Both the position numbers and the translations under genes were made by a program. Below are positions 48,005-56,929 of a stretch of 64,000 nucleotides of DNA, piece by piece. Under the pieces are notes generated by a model, which was not told the origin of the DNA, did not search any database, and was given only the letters and a program-made list of their open reading frames with translations. The first letter of the stretch is position 1, and every line of letters starts with the position of its first letter. The stretch is from a virus (Duplodnaviria > Caudoviricetes). Location of the stretch: positions 286,037-350,036 of the IMG/VR virus record IMGVR_UViG_3300048854_000081; one strand, 5' to 3'.

Positions 48005-48379
48005 ATGACAAAACAAAGCAACATGGGTAAGCGCATCGTAGAGGACTACATCAATAGTGCTCCAATCATTCGTCAGTTTTCGAAGGATGCCACTATCGAT
48101 TCTACCCTGATCACCCTTTTCCAAGCTTATCGTAAGGATATTGAAGAAACCATTCAGATTTGCTACGACCAAGCTCGCGAGAAAGAAACGACTTACAAGG
48201 GTATGGCGTACTATACCTTCGAACAGTTTCATAAGTATTTCCGTCAGGTTGGTGTGATCACAGAATCCGCCGATAACCGTCCCTATGCCACCAACTGGCT
48301 CTTCTGGCAACTCTTAGGATCATCTAACTGTATCCTTCCGCGTGCCATGGCGCTAACGATTGAATCGGAGCTAAGCTAA
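48005..48379 (+). CDS. hypothetical protein
   Basis: Operon-packed ORF. Confidence 0.6.
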   Translation: MTKQSNMGKRIVEDYINSAPIIRQFSKDATIDSTLITLFQAYRKDIEETIQICYDQAREKETTYKGMAYYTFEQFHKYFRQVGVITESADNRPYATNWLFWQLLGSSNCILPRAMALTIESELS

Positions 48380-48840
48380 TGACCGACGCCATTAAAGATT
48401 TTTATGTGGATGTATCTCTTGATGGCGTTTCGCCAACCTACACACAGGTTATGAATGCTGATTATGACTGGATCGAATCCACGCATAACTGGTGTCAGCG
48501 AGCTTTTCCTAACTTTGAAGCGAGCGAATTGGTCGAGGGTGCTCCCGTGCTCGATGATGCGACATTGCTGGTCATCAAACGGTTTCATAAGGAAAAGGTA
48601 TTGAATTTGGTATTCAGATATCTAAGGCATTTTAACGATATCGGACATACTGACCCAAAGCATTACTACCATAACAATCGCCGTGTTACTCGCTTGCTTA
48701 AATTCTTAAACATGTTAGAATTAAACGATGCACTGGAAGTGGCATATAATACTGTGACGGCCTCAGAAGACGGCAATCCGGGGTTTGATAATGCACTTAT
48801 GTACTGGCAAGAAGCACTATATTATAAACGAGAACAATAA
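48379..48840 (+). CDS. OGFr-like (opioid growth factor receptor conserved region) protein
   Basis: IESTHNWCQRAFP..E.S....AP.L; HNNRRVTRLLKFL; YW. Confidence 0.7.
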   Translation: MTDAIKDFYVDVSLDGVSPTYTQVMNADYDWIESTHNWCQRAFPNFEASELVEGAPVLDDATLLVIKRFHKEKVLNLVFRYLRHFNDIGHTDPKHYYHNNRRVTRLLKFLNMLELNDALEVAYNTVTASEDGNPGFDNALMYWQEALYYKREQ

Positions 48841-49160
48841 TGAATAGAGAAGAACTAACCAATCACCTGAAGAATCTACAGTTTGACCAGCCATCGAACG
48901 TCAAGTTCTATAAGCTTCTATGGTCACGTCTGATGGAAGAAGAGATTCCACAGGATGATGCTACAAAGATTGCTGGAATTGTCAAGTACGACTTTTCTAA
49001 CGTACCAGAAGACAATGACAGCCTGAGCGAATTCGCTACTGAATATGCCACCTATGCCAAGAAGGTTTACGATAACATTCGTAAGATGAACGGTATTCGT
49101 GACATTACTCCACTCCTACGTTATTTTGACGTTGGTCACCTATCCATTACCAGTCTATAA
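48840..49160 (+). CDS. hypothetical protein
   Basis: TAATG coupling. Confidence 0.6.
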   Translation: MNREELTNHLKNLQFDQPSNVKFYKLLWSRLMEEEIPQDDATKIAGIVKYDFSNVPEDNDSLSEFATEYATYAKKVYDNIRKMNGIRDITPLLRYFDVGHLSITSL

Positions 49161-49163
49161 GCC

Positions 49164-49448
49164 ATGTTATATTCAACCAATACCGAAAACGACGGCGAAG
49201 AGCTTAGAGATTTGTTTAAGCTCCGTATAGAAAGATTTCGTTCAAAAAAGATCACTGATCTTGAGAAGTCTTTCTATTTGGTTACATCTAAGCCTAATCA
49301 GATGAGTGGGGATGCCATATATACCATTCCTGAAGAGGACATGGGTGACGTGTGGCTAGATCGATTCAAGTATTACGGATATCGTGTTATCAAATGTAAC
49401 GCAACCGAAGTGGTCCATGCTGGCAGTAAGGCGAAAGATGAACGATAA
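49164..49448 (+). CDS. hypothetical protein
   Basis: Operon-packed ORF. Confidence 0.55.
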   Translation: MLYSTNTENDGEELRDLFKLRIERFRSKKITDLEKSFYLVTSKPNQMSGDAIYTIPEEDMGDVWLDRFKYYGYRVIKCNATEVVHAGSKAKDER

Positions 49449-49695
49449 TTACAATAGACTTGTTGAAGCGGCAGAAGCATTAACTGAGTATCTTGTAGAT
49501 AGGCGGATCAAACCAAAGCCTGTTGTTGATCTTGAAAATCTGTTGAAAGAGATTTGTGCCAGTAAGGCACTTGAAGTTAAAAACCGTTCGACGTATAATG
49601 ACATTTCACATTTGATGCATATCACAGGATTGTCATTTGACGATTCAAAAGAATTGCTTCAACTTATGACAAACACACAACACGACGATTTTTAA
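49438..49695 (+). CDS. hypothetical protein
   Basis: Operon-packed ORF. Confidence 0.55.
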   Translation: MNDNYNRLVEAAEALTEYLVDRRIKPKPVVDLENLLKEICASKALEVKNRSTYNDISHLMHITGLSFDDSKELLQLMTNTQHDDF

Positions 49696-49721
49696 CATTC
49701 ATCTGAACTTGGAGTAAGTCA

Positions 49722-50096
49722 ATGGATAAGCATCTTTGGGAAGTTAAGCATAATTATCATGCTAGTGGCGAACATGGCGAAAGCTATGAATCCTTTAGCG
49801 ATTATCTTGATGAATTCGATGGAGCCGATCCCGATTATAATCTAATCTTTCGCTGGGATTGGCATGATTTTAAAACTGCCAAAGATGCTGATTATCATGG
49901 TTTTTACAATGGTACAATCGCACCTTACGAGTCTGATGACAAGATCAATGGTATTCTTAAGATTTACATTGTAGCTCAGCGACATGGGTACGTCATCGAA
50001 TCAATCATTAAGGTTTGTCGTGCAGATGAACCGAAGGTGATTGAATATTTGAACAAGGGCAAGGATTACTTGTTTAATCTTTGGAATCCACTATAA
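49722..50096 (+). CDS. hypothetical protein
   Basis: HLWEV.H.Y, D.DYNL.FRWDW; RBS GGAG. Confidence 0.7.
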   Translation: MDKHLWEVKHNYHASGEHGESYESFSDYLDEFDGADPDYNLIFRWDWHDFKTAKDADYHGFYNGTIAPYESDDKINGILKIYIVAQRHGYVIESIIKVCRADEPKVIEYLNKGKDYLFNLWNPL

Positions 50097-50131
50097 TTAT
50101 TTTTAACGTTTTCTTGAACTTGGAGTAAGTC

Positions 50132-50356
50132 ATGGAACATTATACGAAGTTTATTGGTGAGTGGACTCCGGTTGAAATCATTCCGGAATGTAAGATTGAG
50201 AATGAATGGGGATTCTATGCCCGCGTTGCAGTCAAGACCAAGACGGGTTACATTCTTCCGGCTGTCTATGATGAATTTAGCGGCCAGTTCATGACTCCAT
50301 TCGACGGTGAAGAAATCGGTGGTGTTGTCGAATGGTGTTATCGCGCAATTCAATAA
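50132..50356 (+). CDS. hypothetical protein
   Basis: RBS GGAG. Confidence 0.6.
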   Translation: MEHYTKFIGEWTPVEIIPECKIENEWGFYARVAVKTKTGYILPAVYDEFSGQFMTPFDGEEIGGVVEWCYRAIQ

Positions 50357-50424
50357 GCATTTTGTTTAAAGAGTTGACAAAATTACTAGATAGTGTAAAC
50401 TTCTATAAATAGATTTACAAAATT

Positions 50425-50508
50425 GGGCGAGTGGTGGAACGGTAGACGCACCACGCTTAGAACGTGGCGCCGTAAGGTGTGTGGGTTCGAATCCCACCTT
50501 GCCCACCA
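50425..50508 (+). tRNA. tRNA-Leu(TAG)
   Basis: Cloverleaf, CCACG-ctTAGaa-CGTGG, long V arm, GTTCGAATC, CCA. Confidence 0.93.
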
Positions 50509-50521
50509 ATTTTTATAATGT

Positions 50522-50603
50522 GCGAATGTGGTGGAACGGTATACACGGCAGTCTTAGAAACTGTTGCTTCGGCTTGAGAGTTCGAATCTCTCCATTCGTA
50601 CCA
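50522..50603 (+). tRNA. tRNA-Leu(TAG), second copy
   Basis: GCAGT-ctTAGaa-ACTGT, GTTCGAATC, ACCA. Confidence 0.9.
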
Positions 50604-50621
50604 GATTTTAGTAATACCTCG

Positions 50622-50697
50622 CGGGAGGTGGCGGAACTATTATACGCGGAAGGTCGCTCCTTCTTTTTGTAGGTGAAAGTCCTACCCTGCCCGACCA
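50622..50697 (+). ncRNA. tRNA-like RNA with 5-nt anticodon loop
   Basis: Bulged acceptor CGGGAGG/CCT(G)CCCG plus ACCA; GAAGG-tcgct-CCTTC; T arm GTAGG-tgaaagt-CCTAC. Confidence 0.7.
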
Positions 50698-50710
50698 AAT
50701 TATTAGTTTT

Positions 50711-50797
50711 GCCGCTATGATGGAATTGGTAGTCATGGCTGATTCAAAATCAGTTGCCTTAAAAAGCGTCCCGGTTCGACTCCGGGTAGCGGTACCA
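50711..50797 (+). tRNA. tRNA-Leu(CAA)
   Basis: GCTGA-ttCAAaa-TCAGT, GTTCGACTC, ACCA. Confidence 0.92.
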
Positions 50798-50803
50798 AAT
50801 TAT

Positions 50804-50886
50804 GGGCTTGTGGGGGAATTGGCAGACCCGGCAGACTTAAAATCTGTTTCGCAAGAGTGTCGGTTCGATCCCGACCAAGCCTACCA
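50804..50886 (+). tRNA. tRNA-Leu(TAA)
   Basis: GCAGA-ctTAAaa-TCTGT, GTTCGATCC, ACCA. Confidence 0.92.
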
Positions 50887-50891
50887 AATAA

Positions 50892-50979
50892 CCCCGTGTT
50901 GAGCAGTTGGATGGCTCGGAAGGCTACGAACCTTCTTTCAGAAATGATCTTGCACGTTCGAATCGTGTCACGGGGTCCA
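50892..50979 (+). tRNA. tRNA-Arg(ACG) with long variable region
   Basis: CCCCGTG/CACGGGG, GAAGG-ctACGaa-CCTTC, GTTCGAATC, CCA. Confidence 0.85.
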
Positions 50980-50996
50980 AATAAAAAAGGCTGGAA

Positions 50997-51764
50997 TTAT
51001 TTTCCAGCCTTTTTCTTTGCCCAATAACCACGAGGTGGTTTTTTGATTCCTAGGGATTTGCATTTCTTTCCTATAGCAGAATCAGTTACACCCAGCTTTT
51101 TTCCTATCTCTACCGAACTCATTTCCCATACTAAAATTTCTAATTCTTCTTTTGAAATTTCTAATTTTCTAGTCCTTGAACATTCTATCGAACAATAGAT
51201 ATTGTCATGAGTTTTGGCGCGAATGACAATTTTATTACACTTGGCGCAGTTATGTTCTTTTATTTTAGATAATTTATTTTTTATGGACTTATCTTGCTTC
51301 TTATTTCGGCCCGCATATGTAGAAGTCTGAGAATGACAATTTGGGCATAGTAAAATTAGATTAGTTAAACTATTATTAAATTTATTTCCGTCCATGTGTT
51401 CTAGTTGTAATACTAGAGGCTTATCCTTCCACATACTTAGTCCACAGTTATCTCCATAACATTTATATTCAAGATAACCATCATTTAGTAAACGTTTTTT
51501 CAGCATAGTAGATGATGAATAATGTATTTTATTACTTAATATATCTTCTATGTCTCTTTTAGCACATCTAGTGGTTCTATGTGCTTGGTGGAAATGTGAG
51601 ACATCTATGTTATAATGTTTAATTCTCAATTTTAATGTGGTGTACATATTTCTTGAATCTGACATGTTAAGGCGTCTTAGACACTCAGCATAAGAAAATG
51701 ATGATCTGACAGCTTCCTTTAATTCGTTTTCAGTATATGTGTGATAATGTGTATGTGATGACAT
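50997..51764 (-). CDS. HNH homing endonuclease
   Basis: LQLEH.DG..NN...NL..LCPNCHSQT; C-terminal KPPRGYW; AT-rich. Confidence 0.88.
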   Translation of the reverse strand: MSSHTHYHTYTENELKEAVRSSFSYAECLRRLNMSDSRNMYTTLKLRIKHYNIDVSHFHQAHRTTRCAKRDIEDILSNKIHYSSSTMLKKRLLNDGYLEYKCYGDNCGLSMWKDKPLVLQLEHMDGNKFNNSLTNLILLCPNCHSQTSTYAGRNKKQDKSIKNKLSKIKEHNCAKCNKIVIRAKTHDNIYCSIECSRTRKLEISKEELEILVWEMSSVEIGKKLGVTDSAIGKKCKSLGIKKPPRGYWAKKKAGK

Positions 51765-51878
51765 TCGAACCTTGCTCTATTTACTAAGTATTTAGTGATC
51801 ATGTTCGAATCTGTCGCATGTTGCTTTTCAACTTGAAACCTATTATACTTGTTTTATCTATATGACTCTGGTAGTCCG

Positions 51879-52307
51879 ATGAAACTTTATAATCGCATAA
51901 AGCAAGTAGAAATCAGCTTGGATGAGCTTGGATTCTATAACAGTCCTGATGAAATGACTCATATCCGTGGGATGTCGGATGATGCTACGCGTCGAGAGGA
52001 TATCAAAGAATTCTATTGTGATGAACCGTATCTTATATCTAAGATTTTGGAAGGTTGTGATAATTACGATCTTTCTGAATTGTTTATCGAAGGAATGCCG
52101 GACTGTGCGGGAATTGTAATTTATAGAATTGTTAAGGTTCCACCAAACATAATCGACATGCATAATCGTGTGGCACGAGAAAGTGCGTTCCATACATGGA
52201 AAAAGAAGTATACCAAGCTGTCTGAACAGCTTGCCGGTCTAATGAAAGATAAGGAAATCCTTGATAAGCGTAATGCTGAACTCAAGGAATTGCATAAGAA
52301 AGATTAA
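51879..52307 (+). CDS. hypothetical protein
   Basis: C-terminal coiled coil; similar in layout to 61096..61566. Confidence 0.6.
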   Translation: MKLYNRIKQVEISLDELGFYNSPDEMTHIRGMSDDATRREDIKEFYCDEPYLISKILEGCDNYDLSELFIEGMPDCAGIVIYRIVKVPPNIIDMHNRVARESAFHTWKKKYTKLSEQLAGLMKDKEILDKRNAELKELHKKD

Positions 52308-52310
52308 ATT

Positions 52311-52730
52311 ATGAATATACTTGAGCGTCAAAACAAAGAACTTCGTGAACTGGTCAAGGAACTTGTGTTCTTGATCGATCATGGTACGTTTACCAATGAT
52401 GTCTGTTGCTGTGGTGATAACATAGACCGGCATAGCATGTACTCAGATCATAGTCCTCGTGATGCTGGTGAACACTGGGCTACATCGTCCATGGATAAAG
52501 CTGAAGCTCTCTTAGAAAAACATGAAGCTGAAATTCTTAATCTGTCTCCTGTGACTGAACATGTAGATGACACTGATTATCTAGGTGTCTATCTTCAACT
52601 GAAGCATGCCATGGAACGTAAACCTCATGCAGTAACATCAAGAACCACTGAGCGAGCCATATGGAGTGCAGTCCAGTGTTTGAAGATTGCATATGAAAAA
52701 CATGGTCACAAATCTGATATAACTACTTAA
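52311..52730 (+). CDS. hypothetical protein
   Basis: CCCGD..H...H motif. Confidence 0.6.
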   Translation: MNILERQNKELRELVKELVFLIDHGTFTNDVCCCGDNIDRHSMYSDHSPRDAGEHWATSSMDKAEALLEKHEAEILNLSPVTEHVDDTDYLGVYLQLKHAMERKPHAVTSRTTERAIWSAVQCLKIAYEKHGHKSDITT

Positions 52731-52739
52731 GGAATTATC

Positions 52740-52931
52740 ATGATTGCCGCAGGCTATTCCATGGACTTGTACTGTCGTCATGAACGCAAGGAACATCCAT
52801 TTAACTACTTCCCTCATCAATTCTATGGTGAAACATGGGGTGAGTGTAAGAAGCAAGCCCAAGCCAAAGGTTGGACCTTCCAGAAAGATCGTGAAGTGAC
52901 CTGCCCCCTCTGTAATAAAAAGGTAAAGTAA
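52740..52931 (+). CDS. small Zn-finger protein
   Basis: LYC..H..C..A...GW......CPLC. Confidence 0.65.
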   Translation: MIAAGYSMDLYCRHERKEHPFNYFPHQFYGETWGECKKQAQAKGWTFQKDREVTCPLCNKKVK

Positions 52932-53173
52932 TGGACCATCTATCGCTAATTCAATTGATCGAAAAATATCGTGAGGCTGAGGATGTAGTCGAGGCGTCTT
53001 ATTATCGAGTGCAGATTGAGGATCGTATTGAGGCTATCCAAGAGATTACCCAAGATGCACCCTCAAGCTGGGTATGGAAAGATATGAAGCCTGTCATCGA
53101 AGGTGAGCCTATTAAGATTAAGAAGTCAAAGGCTGATATCGTTTATGACGAAGATGGTTTTGCAATAAAATAA
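52931..53173 (+). CDS. hypothetical protein
   Basis: TAATG coupling. Confidence 0.55.
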   Translation: MDHLSLIQLIEKYREAEDVVEASYYRVQIEDRIEAIQEITQDAPSSWVWKDMKPVIEGEPIKIKKSKADIVYDEDGFAIK

Positions 53174-53182
53174 GGAATAAAA

Positions 53183-53473
53183 ATGAAACAGATGTATGTA
53201 ACATGTACCGATAATGAAGGTGACCTATACCGTGTCTTTCCTCTTAGCACTGGTGTGGGAACATCCCAAGGTCAACTCTTGATTGTCTATCAGGATGTAA
53301 ATTCTAACGAAATTTATCATCGTACTGAAAAAGATTTCTATGAGAATATGAAAGAGGTTACACCTTCCTTTGATTGTCGTCGCTGCAATGGTAACGGTTA
53401 CAATCGTGAAGGTGACGATTGCTTTGTTTGTGGTGCCAGTGGTCGAAGTGAAAAACCCTATCTAAAGGCGTGA
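53183..53473 (+). CDS. DUF1653-like protein with DnaJ-type Zn finger
   Basis: G.LYRV..IVYQ..YHR...F; CRRCNGNG..CFVCGASG. Confidence 0.55.
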   Translation: MKQMYVTCTDNEGDLYRVFPLSTGVGTSQGQLLIVYQDVNSNEIYHRTEKDFYENMKEVTPSFDCRRCNGNGYNREGDDCFVCGASGRSEKPYLKA

Positions 53474-53530
53474 TTTGACATGTAATACGTTTCAATGTAT
53501 TATACCTTCATCTTGTTAAGAGTGAATGTC

Positions 53531-53989
53531 ATGAGCTATTTTCAGATTTTTGATAAATTTCATCTACCAGTAGAAATGCCTTTCAATGCTGCTGGGAATG
53601 CACAGTATCGGATAGAAAACTATCTTGATGAGCAGTTCCCTGAATATGCTCCACACTATTATATTGAAATGGGTCCGATCACTTCGAAAAAAGAGTCTGA
53701 CCCAGCATCCTTTTATCGCACGGAACTTCGCGTTCTCTTGTCACATCATGATAATGATGTCAATAAGCTCATTCATGATGTTGCTAAGATGATGGATGAA
53801 CGTCAACGTGCATATGATACGCTCGTGGATAAGTTTAAGCCTGACATTGATGGACGGCGTTACCGTACATTGATGAAGAATTTCAAATCCGACCATATCT
53901 GGTATCACGTTTTCTTCCCTGAAGATCGTCAGCTTGGTGATGGTGTCAGTGAAGTTCTAGATGCCATCTACGAAAGGGACAACTCATGA
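53531..53989 (+). CDS. hypothetical protein
   Basis: TTGACA-N17-TATTAT upstream. Confidence 0.6.
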   Translation: MSYFQIFDKFHLPVEMPFNAAGNAQYRIENYLDEQFPEYAPHYYIEMGPITSKKESDPASFYRTELRVLLSHHDNDVNKLIHDVAKMMDERQRAYDTLVDKFKPDIDGRRYRTLMKNFKSDHIWYHVFFPEDRQLGDGVSEVLDAIYERDNS

Positions 53990-54359
53990 GCGCGACACTT
54001 AATAAAATCTTAGATGCTTTCGATCAATACGAAGCCATGCGCCTTGTTGGTAAAGGGCTTGAATGGAAGTGGAGTGCTGAAGCAGAAGAAAAGTTTTTGA
54101 GACTTGGTAGAGAGCATCAAGCTCTTATGACCATGGAAAACATCTTCAAAATTGCTGAAGAAGTGACTCATACTCAGACAGCATTACTTAACAATGCCAA
54201 GGATATCTTGCGCTATCGTCATTTGGGGCTTGCATATCTAAAAATGTTGCATGTCAGTGACCCTATTGCTGCATCAATAAGGATGTTCGCGATCCTAGTA
54301 TGTTTATCGATTTCCTTATTGGTCCCAAGGTTGATCCGAATCCGGAGGATGTTGAATGA
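53986..54359 (+). pseudogene. hypothetical gene with apparent -1 frameshift near 54261
   Basis: Alternative frame PYCCINKDVRDPSMFIDF...EDVE* ends in ATGA overlap with next gene. Confidence 0.5.
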
Positions 54360-54664
54360 GCACGGAACTTCACACCATCGAAGACGCACGCAAGTACATG
54401 TATGACCATGCTCAGTATTTTTCGGGTAATGGTTATGAGGATCATGCAAAGCGTATGCTTGAGGCTGCAAAGATTATCGATAATCTTCTGGAAAAGAGTC
54501 GAACCGTAGTGGCTCACAGACTGGTTGTTAATCCTCAGATTGCTCATGGTCAAGGTTACGAAGGTCACTGGTTCTCTGGTGATCTTTCTGAAGTACAGAA
54601 AAAATTAATGTCGGCTTCTAAGATTTACACCGTCGAGATAGCCTACGCCAACCCTCTTGCATGA
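54356..54664 (+). CDS. hypothetical protein
   Basis: RBS GGAGG. Confidence 0.65.
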   Translation: MSTELHTIEDARKYMYDHAQYFSGNGYEDHAKRMLEAAKIIDNLLEKSRTVVAHRLVVNPQIAHGQGYEGHWFSGDLSEVQKKLMSASKIYTVEIAYANPLA

Positions 54665-54713
54665 TGACTTGAAATAAATTATACTGTCACCATACCAAAC
54701 CCAAGGAACGAAC

Positions 54714-55157
54714 ATGTCACTCAAGCAAGAAATCACTGCCCAGCGCATCACGGCTCTCAAGGCCAAGGATAGCTACCGCAGTCAGACCATTTCCCTGATC
54801 CTCGCCGCTGTGAAGCAGGTTGAGGTGGATACTCGTGTCGAACTTGATGACAATGGCGTTCTGACTGTCCTGAACAAGATGGTCAAGCAGCGCTTGGATT
54901 CCATCAGCCAGTTCAACGCCGCTGGGCGTACTGACCTTTCCGATGTTGAGGAAGCCGAAGTCAAGCTTATTAAGGAATTCCTCCCTGAGCAGGCTTCTGA
55001 GGAAGTCGTGAACGCGGTGGTAGCCAAGGCTATCGAAACCGTTGGCTCGACCTCTGTGAAGGATATGGGCAAGATCGTGGCCCTTGTGAAGCTGGAACTG
55101 ACCGGTCGTGCTGACATGGGCAAGGTTTCTCAGCTTATCAAAAGCAAGCTTTCCTAA
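54714..55157 (+). CDS. GatB/YqeY domain protein
   Basis: ALKAKD, K..EVD, KMVKQR.DSI.QF..AGR.DL..E..E, FLP.Q, KDMGK, GRADM. Confidence 0.92.
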   Translation: MSLKQEITAQRITALKAKDSYRSQTISLILAAVKQVEVDTRVELDDNGVLTVLNKMVKQRLDSISQFNAAGRTDLSDVEEAEVKLIKEFLPEQASEEVVNAVVAKAIETVGSTSVKDMGKIVALVKLELTGRADMGKVSQLIKSKLS

Positions 55158-55167
55158 GGAGAACGTC

Positions 55168-55521
55168 ATGGGACTGACCGCTATCGACCGCATGTACCCC
55201 AAGGTGAACGCCATAATTGTTCGTGCACTCATGTATGACAACCTTGCTCAAGCAGTGAAGGAAGCTGTCGCTCTTGCCATGACTGACGCCTTCAAGCGAT
55301 GTGTCGAAGAGAACGGTGCAGCGTACAGTGACAAATGGACCAATGATTACATTACCCAGCGTCATAAGTTCGAAGAAGTTTGCGAGTACAGTTTCGAATA
55401 CATCATGGATGCTGTTGGCTCGGGTCTCCTTAAGAAAGGTATCACTGGCATGATCATCGATGCTAACCATGCAGGTTGGGAAATGGCTCGTGAAATGTTC
55501 GAAAAGGATACTAAGCGATGA
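55168..55521 (+). CDS. hypothetical protein
   Basis: RBS AAGGAG. Confidence 0.65.
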   Translation: MGLTAIDRMYPKVNAIIVRALMYDNLAQAVKEAVALAMTDAFKRCVEENGAAYSDKWTNDYITQRHKFEEVCEYSFEYIMDAVGSGLLKKGITGMIIDANHAGWEMAREMFEKDTKR

Positions 55522-55751
55522 ATTGCGCATGTAAAAACAAGCGAGTTATTGCCATAGGCGGTAAGTGTAGCGATATGTGCTATTCTTCTTGTAAGGAATT
55601 GGGTGCGACGCAAGAAGGTTACGCACCACACATAGATAACGTTTCCGGTGGTGACTATATTGATTTTTCATTCTGTGCCATTTGTGGGCAGATTCAGAAT
55701 TTCACCCCAATGACAGATGAACAGATTGAAGGCGCTATTGGAGGCTATTGA
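55518..55751 (+). CDS. small Cys-rich protein
   Basis: KCSDMC, GY.P, GGDY..F.FC..CGQIQ. Confidence 0.65.
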   Translation: MNCACKNKRVIAIGGKCSDMCYSSCKELGATQEGYAPHIDNVSGGDYIDFSFCAICGQIQNFTPMTDEQIEGAIGGY

Positions 55752-55954
55752 GTAACATGAAGAAATATTATATTAACGAAGGTCGCCACTTTGATATCCC
55801 TGATCACTTTCGCAGTGAACTAATTGCAGGGCGATTCAAGTTCTATCATCAATACGAAGGTGAACGTGATCGTAGCTGTAATGCAATCAGACTGACTAAC
55901 GATGAAGGTTTTCAGTATGTGTTTGACTACGATCCTGACATCTTCGTTCACTAA
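55748..55954 (+). CDS. hypothetical protein
   Basis: RBS GGAGG; TTGA coupling. Confidence 0.5.
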   Translation: MSNMKKYYINEGRHFDIPDHFRSELIAGRFKFYHQYEGERDRSCNAIRLTNDEGFQYVFDYDPDIFVH

Positions 55955-55966
55955 CGGAGCATTATC

Positions 55967-56101
55967 ATGATCATGCATACACCAACCGGAAAGTATCGCC
56001 CCGGTGATGACGATGAATTCGATGAAAGCATCATTTGGACCTGTAGTTTCCCAAAACCGTATTATGTTCCAAGTATAAAAGAAATTCTAGAAGATTTATA
56101 A
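55967..56101 (+). CDS. small protein (44 aa, below cutoff)
   Basis: RBS GGAG; TAATG coupling to 56101. Confidence 0.45.
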   Translation: MIMHTPTGKYRPGDDDEFDESIIWTCSFPKPYYVPSIKEILEDL

Positions 56102-56505
56102 TGAAATACACTGTAGTCTTGTTGATGGGTTTACCGGGTAGTGGTAAGACGTTCATGGCAAAATCCTTACTAGGTAATGATGGCTTCCTAGTTGACGATC
56201 CGACCACTAACCCAAACTGTTTCAAGGAAGCGATTCAATCAGGGAAGACAACGTTTTACGTTTGTGATCCTTTATTGATTCTAGCTTGTGACCATGTTAT
56301 CTATAGTTTTATCTTTAGAAAATTTGGGGACGATGTAGATATCGAATGGATTTATTTTGAAAATGATCCTGAAGCTGCATGGAAGAATCACGAACTAAGG
56401 TGTAAGAAAGAACCACATAACGTTAACAGAGAGTTTTTCGATTATCTATCAAGTAGATATATCATTCCTGATGACGCACCAGTTTTTGCTATTCATAAAC
56501 AGTAA
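56101..56505 (+). CDS. P-loop kinase-like protein
   Basis: GLPGSGKT, YFEND. Confidence 0.7.
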   Translation: MKYTVVLLMGLPGSGKTFMAKSLLGNDGFLVDDPTTNPNCFKEAIQSGKTTFYVCDPLLILACDHVIYSFIFRKFGDDVDIEWIYFENDPEAAWKNHELRCKKEPHNVNREFFDYLSSRYIIPDDAPVFAIHKQ

Positions 56506-56585
56506 TGGATACCAATTGACTTTTACATTTTAAAGCTGTAGTATTAAACCGTCGATAGACATATCAACCCTGAAAGGATAATTTT

Positions 56586-56855
56586 ATGAACGATGTAGTT
56601 GCAATTCAAGCAGATGCAGTCCCATCTTCGCCTGAGAAGACTCAGAAGACCGGGAAAACTCGCGGTGCGAAGGTTAACCCAAATAGCAAGGCCAGCCAGA
56701 CCAAGATCATCCTTGCGAATATTCCTGCCAGTGAACTAACGCGTGCTCGTGCTCTTGAAGAGCTAGCTAAGCTTGGCCTGAGTGAGAAGGTCGCCAGTGT
56801 GTATTACTACAACTACAAGCCGAAGACCGCTGCCGTAGGCGCGATTTCGGCTTAA
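56586..56855 (+). CDS. small basic (DNA-binding candidate) protein
   Basis: Own promoter and terminator; LGLS...A..YYYN. Confidence 0.65.
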   Translation: MNDVVAIQADAVPSSPEKTQKTGKTRGAKVNPNSKASQTKIILANIPASELTRARALEELAKLGLSEKVASVYYYNYKPKTAAVGAISA

Positions 56856-56929
56856 TCCGTCGGAATCGAATGAGTAATAATGGGGCTAGTGTTTATACCT
56901 AGCCCCTTTCTTTTGAATATAGGAAAATT

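Noticed and set aside
50425-50886. TAG/TAA tRNAs as stop-codon suppressors or genetic-code reassignment
   Set aside because: TAG and TAA are anticodons reading CTA and TTA (Leu); ORFs are intact under the standard bacterial code.
50481-50902. Short ORFs over the tRNA cluster (also 62280, 62356)
   Set aside because: They overlap clear tRNA genes.
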